DNA of 64,000 bases, from contig CAWDXG010000003.1 in assembly GCA_963806225.1 (NCBI GenBank), positions 160,001 to 224,000 on the forward strand. Direction: 5' to 3'. Below the pieces are notes generated by a model. It was not told the DNA's origin, ran no database searches, and was given only the letters and a program-made list of their open reading frames with translations. Of the stretch, positions 60,614 through 64,000 are shown one piece after another. The first letter of the stretch is position 1. Each line of letters opens with the position of its first letter. The translations under genes were made by a program, and so were the position numbers. The DNA comes from an uncultured delta proteobacterium (lineage in GTDB: Bacteria; Myxococcota_A; Polyangia; Polyangiales; Polyangiaceae).

Positions 60614-61435
60614 ATGGGACGGGAGCTCGGAGCGAGGCGGCCGCATCGCGCGGCGCTGTGCCTGGTGCTGATCGCGCTGGCGTTCGTCACGGGTTGTTCG
60701 GTCCCGGTCGCGACCGCCCTGGACGACGCGGACTCCAACCGCGTGATGGTCGCGCTCGAGAAGAGCGGCGTCGCCGCGCAAAAGGAACAGGATCCCGGCT
60801 CGGAGGGGCACTGGCGCGTCACCGTGGCCCGCGACGACGCGCCTGCGGCCGTGGCCGTGCTCACCCAGGAAGGGCTGCCGCCGCCCAGCACGCCCGGCGT
60901 ACTCGACGCGCTCGGCAAGGGATCGATCGTGCCAAGCCGCACCGCCGAGCACGCCAAGCTGATCGTCGGCACCGCCGGCGATCTCGAGCACTCGCTGCTG
61001 GCGGTCGACGGCGTGCTTTCCGCACGCGTGCACCTCGCCGTTCCCGAGAAGACCGCGTTCTTCGACGAGGGCAAGGAGCCCGCCCCGACCGCGTCGGTAT
61101 TGATCCGGCACAGCGGCGCCACACCGCCGATCGCCGTGCAGCAGGTCCAGCGTCTGGTGGCCGGCGCGGTGCCGGGCCTCGAGCCCGACCACGTCTCGGT
61201 GGTCGAGACCCCATCGGCGACGCCGAGCCGTCCGCCGGAGCGCGAGCTGTCGCGCTTCGGTCCCATCACGGTCACCCGCTCCTCGATGCTGCCGCTCAGG
61301 CTGATGGTGGGCGGCGCGGTGCTCCTGAACGTGCTGCTCCTGGGGCTGCTTGTCTTCGTGTGGGGACGCGCGCGGCGCACCTCGCTGGCGCTGACCGAGG
61401 CGCAGACGGAAGGCTCCCGGCGGGACGCGACTTGA
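60614..61435 (+). CDS. SctJ/YscJ/PrgK (FliF-like) inner-membrane ring lipoprotein
   Basis: Lipobox VTGC; LDDADSNRVMVAL, AVAVLTQEGLP, LEHSLLAVDGVLSARVHLAVP, PTASVLIRH, VQRLVAGAVPGLEPDHVSVV; C-terminal TM. Confidence 0.9.
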   Translation: MGRELGARRPHRAALCLVLIALAFVTGCSVPVATALDDADSNRVMVALEKSGVAAQKEQDPGSEGHWRVTVARDDAPAAVAVLTQEGLPPPSTPGVLDALGKGSIVPSRTAEHAKLIVGTAGDLEHSLLAVDGVLSARVHLAVPEKTAFFDEGKEPAPTASVLIRHSGATPPIAVQQVQRLVAGAVPGLEPDHVSVVETPSATPSRPPERELSRFGPITVTRSSMLPLRLMVGGAVLLNVLLLGLLVFVWGRARRTSLALTEAQTEGSRRDAT

Positions 61436-62166
61436 TCCGGCTCGAGGGCATCACCAAGTCATTCGACCGCCCGGTCCTACGCGGCATCGACCTCGAAGTG
61501 CCGACCGGTTGCCTCTACGGCCTGATCGGACCGGGCGCGTCGGGCAAGAGCGTACTGCTCAAGATCGCCACCGGCCTGATCCGCCCCGACACCGGTCGCG
61601 TGTTGATCGACGGCCAGAACATCCTGTCGATGACGGACCTCGAGCTGCAGGAGTTCCGCAAACGCATCGGCATGCTGTTCCAGAACAACGCGCTGTTCGA
61701 CTTCATGACCGTCGCCGACAACATCGCGTTTCCACTCCGGAGGCTGTTCGATCTGCCGGAGGAAGAGATCCGCGAGCGCATCGGCGAGCGACTGCGCGTG
61801 GTGTCGATGGCCGGCTTCGAACAGCGCCTGCCGTCGGGACTGTCCGGCGGACAGAAAAAGCGCGTAGGCGTCGCGCGCGCCACCGTCGCCCAGGCGCCGA
61901 TCGTGCTGTACGACGAGCCCGCGGCCGGCCTCGATCCCGTCACCAGCCAGAAGATCTTCGATCTCCTCCGCGCGGAGCAGCAAGCCGCCGGCGCCACCGT
62001 GCTCATGGTCTCCAGCGACCTCGATCGGCTGCTGACCGTTACCGATCGCGTCGGCATGATGTACCGCGGCCGCCTGATCTTCGACGGCACCACGGCAGAA
62101 GCCCAGGCGTGCACCGACCCGTACGTGCACCAGTTCGTCCACGGCGAACCCGAAGGACCGCTGTAG
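61432..62166 (+). CDS. ABC transporter ATP-binding protein (MlaF/Mkl-like)
   Basis: GPGASGKS, MLFQNNALFD, LSGGQKKRVGVARA, LYDEPAAGLDP; TTGA overlap with the SctJ-like gene. Confidence 0.93.
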   Translation: MIRLEGITKSFDRPVLRGIDLEVPTGCLYGLIGPGASGKSVLLKIATGLIRPDTGRVLIDGQNILSMTDLELQEFRKRIGMLFQNNALFDFMTVADNIAFPLRRLFDLPEEEIRERIGERLRVVSMAGFEQRLPSGLSGGQKKRVGVARATVAQAPIVLYDEPAAGLDPVTSQKIFDLLRAEQQAAGATVLMVSSDLDRLLTVTDRVGMMYRGRLIFDGTTAEAQACTDPYVHQFVHGEPEGPL

Positions 62167-62244
62167 GGCAGTTCGTCCACGGCGAACCCGAAGGACCGCT
62201 GTAGGGCAGTTCGTCCACGGCGAACCCGAAGGACCGCTGTAGGG
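62131..62244 (+). repeat. three exact tandem copies of a 38-bp unit covering the last codons and stop of the ABC gene
   Basis: cagttcgtccacggcgaacccgaaggaccgctgtaggg at 62131, 62169 and 62207. Confidence 0.95.
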
Positions 62245-62387
62245 CTTTCGGCTGCCCCCCGCGCCGCACGGCGCTTCCACATGGCGCCGTGCTCGCCGCT
62301 TCGCGGCTGCGCGCGCCACCGGGGCCCCAAACCCGGCCGCTCCGCGCCCGGCCGGGCCCCCCACGCAAGGGCGTCTTTGCCCGTCGC

Positions 62388-63499
62388 CGCGACCGCAACG
62401 CGACGCGCGACGACACCGCGCACCCGACATAACCGGGTATGTCCTCGAAATTGTCGCCAAGCGCGACCGCAACCCGACGCCCGACGACACCGCGCACCCA
62501 CATAACCGGGTATGTCCTCGAAATTGTCGCCAAGCGCGACCGCAACCCGACGCCCGACGACACCGCGCACCCACATAACCGGGTATGTCCTCGAAATTGT
62601 CGCCAAGCGCGACCGCAACCCGACGCCCGACGACGCCGCGCACCCACATAACCGGGTATGTCCTCGAAATTGTCGCCAAGCGCGACCGCAACCCGACGCC
62701 CGACGACACCGCGCACCCACATAACCGGGTATGTCCTCGAAATTGTCGCCAAGCGCGACCGCAACCCGACGCCCGACGACGCCGCGCACCCACATAACCG
62801 GGTATGTCCTCGAAATTGTCGCCCACGCGACCGCAACCCGACGCCCGACGACGCCGCGCACCCACATAACCGGGTATGTCCTCGAAATTGTCGCCAAGCG
62901 CGACCGCAACCCGACGCCCGACGACACCGCGCACCCACATAACCGGGTATGTCCTCGAAATTGTCGCCAAGCGCGACCGCAACCCGACGCCCGACGACGC
63001 CGCGCACCCACATAACCGGGTATGTCCTCGAAGAATTGTCGCGCGCAGCGCGACCCGGCAACCCGACGCCCGACGACACCGCGCCACCCACATAACCGGG
63101 TATGTCCTCGAAATTGTCGCCAAGCGCGACCGCAACCCGACGCCCGACGACACCGCGCACCCACATAACCGGGTATGTCCTCGAAATTGTCGCCAAGCGC
63201 GACCGCAACCCGACGCCCGACGACACCGCGCACCCACATAACCGGGTATGTCCTCGAAATTGTCGCCAAGCGCGACCGCAACCCGACGCCCGACGACGCC
63301 GCGCACCCACATAACCGGGTATGTCCTCGAAATTGTCGCCGCAGCGCGACCGCAACCCGACGCCCGACGACACCGCGCACCCACATAACCGGGTATGTCC
63401 TCGAAATTGTCGCCAAGCGCGACCGCAACCCGACGCCCGACGACACCGCGCACCCACATAACCGGGTATGTCCTCGAAATTGTCGCCAAGCGCGACCGC
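62388..63499. repeat. 73-bp tandem repeat array, about 15 copies
   Basis: Unit cataaccgggtatgtcctcgaaattgtcgccaagcgcgaccgcaacccgacgcccgacgac[a/g]ccgcgcaccca; internal ATG at 62439, 62512, 62585, 62658, 62731, 62804, 62876, 62949, 63022, 63102, 63175, 63248, 63321, 63395, 63468. Confidence 0.97.
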
Positions 63500-63736
63500 C
63501 CGCCCTCGCCCTCGCCCTCGCCCTCCCTCTCGCACCAGCGCTACTGAACCGTCGCGCGCGGAGCGCGCGCGGCTTGGGGGAGGTCGGCGGGGCGCTCGCT
63601 GTCGCATGACGCGCTGCGTCGTGGCGCGTCCGATAGGGTGCCCCGCTGCCGGCGGCCCGACGGGTGGGGGCATCCCCTACCGCTGGAAAGCTCCCGCCGC
63701 TGGTCGCGGTATAAGGTCGGTGGCTACCCCGCCCCG

Positions 63737-64000
63737 ATGATTTCCTTCCGCAACGTCCAGAAGTCCTTCGGCACCAAGCATGTGCTGCGCGGAGTGAGCT
63801 TCGACGTGCAGGACGGCGAGGTGTTCTTCATCATCGGCGCCTCGGGAGTCGGCAAGAGCGTGCTGATCAAGCACCTGATCGGACTGCTCTACCCCGACGA
63901 GGGCGAGATCTGGCTCGACGGCGAGGAAGTCAGCCGTTTCGACGAGCAGCAGATGTACGCCGTCAGGAAGAAATGCGCGATGGTGTTCCAGCACTCGACG
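63737..64000 (+). CDS. ABC transporter ATP-binding protein (MlaF/Mkl-like), 3'-truncated by the window edge
   Basis: MISFRNVQKSFGTKHVLRGVSF..IIGASGVGKSVLIKHLIGLLYPDEGEI..MVFQ. Confidence 0.92.
   Translation, partial: MISFRNVQKSFGTKHVLRGVSFDVQDGEVFFIIGASGVGKSVLIKHLIGLLYPDEGEIWLDGEEVSRFDEQQMYAVRKKCAMVFQHST

Noticed and set aside
62421..62455. dif/Xer site resemblance (CATAA...TATG) in the repeat unit
   Set aside because: Spacing is 2 bp shorter than dif and there is no TTATGTTAAAT XerD arm.
62388..63499. CRISPR array (about 30-bp repeat plus about 43-bp spacer)
   Set aside because: The would-be spacers are identical apart from one A/G site and a few indels, and there are no cas genes in the window.
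61477..63673. Long minus-strand ORFs (670, 643 and 544 aa) across the array
   Set aside because: They arise because the 73-bp unit has no minus-strand stop, which is unremarkable at this GC content. They run antisense into the ABC gene and give non-protein-like cycling translations.

Overview
High-GC (roughly 70%, estimated by eye) bacterial chromosomal DNA that looks like Myxococcota, probably Polyangiaceae/Sorangium-like. This rests on a MYXO-CTERM protein, an FHA-sigma54 activator, a Ser/Thr kinase-TPR module, a TIGR04552-like gene and many Cys/Gly-rich lipoproteins. About 57 genes are supported. Housekeeping blocks are yicC-gmk-mtnP-pfkB, panD, ispB, a DEAD-box helicase, ccmC/ccmD, tatBC, proA-rsfS-rlmH and two MlaF-like ABC ATPases, interleaved with cell-envelope genes. 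I saw no rRNA, tRNA, transposase, integrase or cas gene. Single-base frameshifts, dense at 42.7-47.9 kb, most likely reflect long-read consensus errors. Highlights: (1) a 1.57-kb apparently non-coding stretch between the two MlaF-like genes, made of a triplicated gene 3' end, structured flanks and a 15-copy 73-bp tandem array; (2) a stand-alone RelA/SpoT-synthetase-like gene upstream of yicC-gmk and purine-salvage genes; (3) an orphan SctJ/YscJ ring lipoprotein next to a pseudokinase-GYF membrane protein; (4) a DUF3570/DUF4266 cluster with a flavinylation-type motif; (5) a Hint-domain lipoprotein; (6) a protein with an internal MYXO-CTERM signal followed by a second lipobox; (7) 11 genes with a TAnnnT hexamer 6-9 nt before the start codon, suggesting leaderless mRNAs. 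All family calls come from motif recognition by eye, not database searches.
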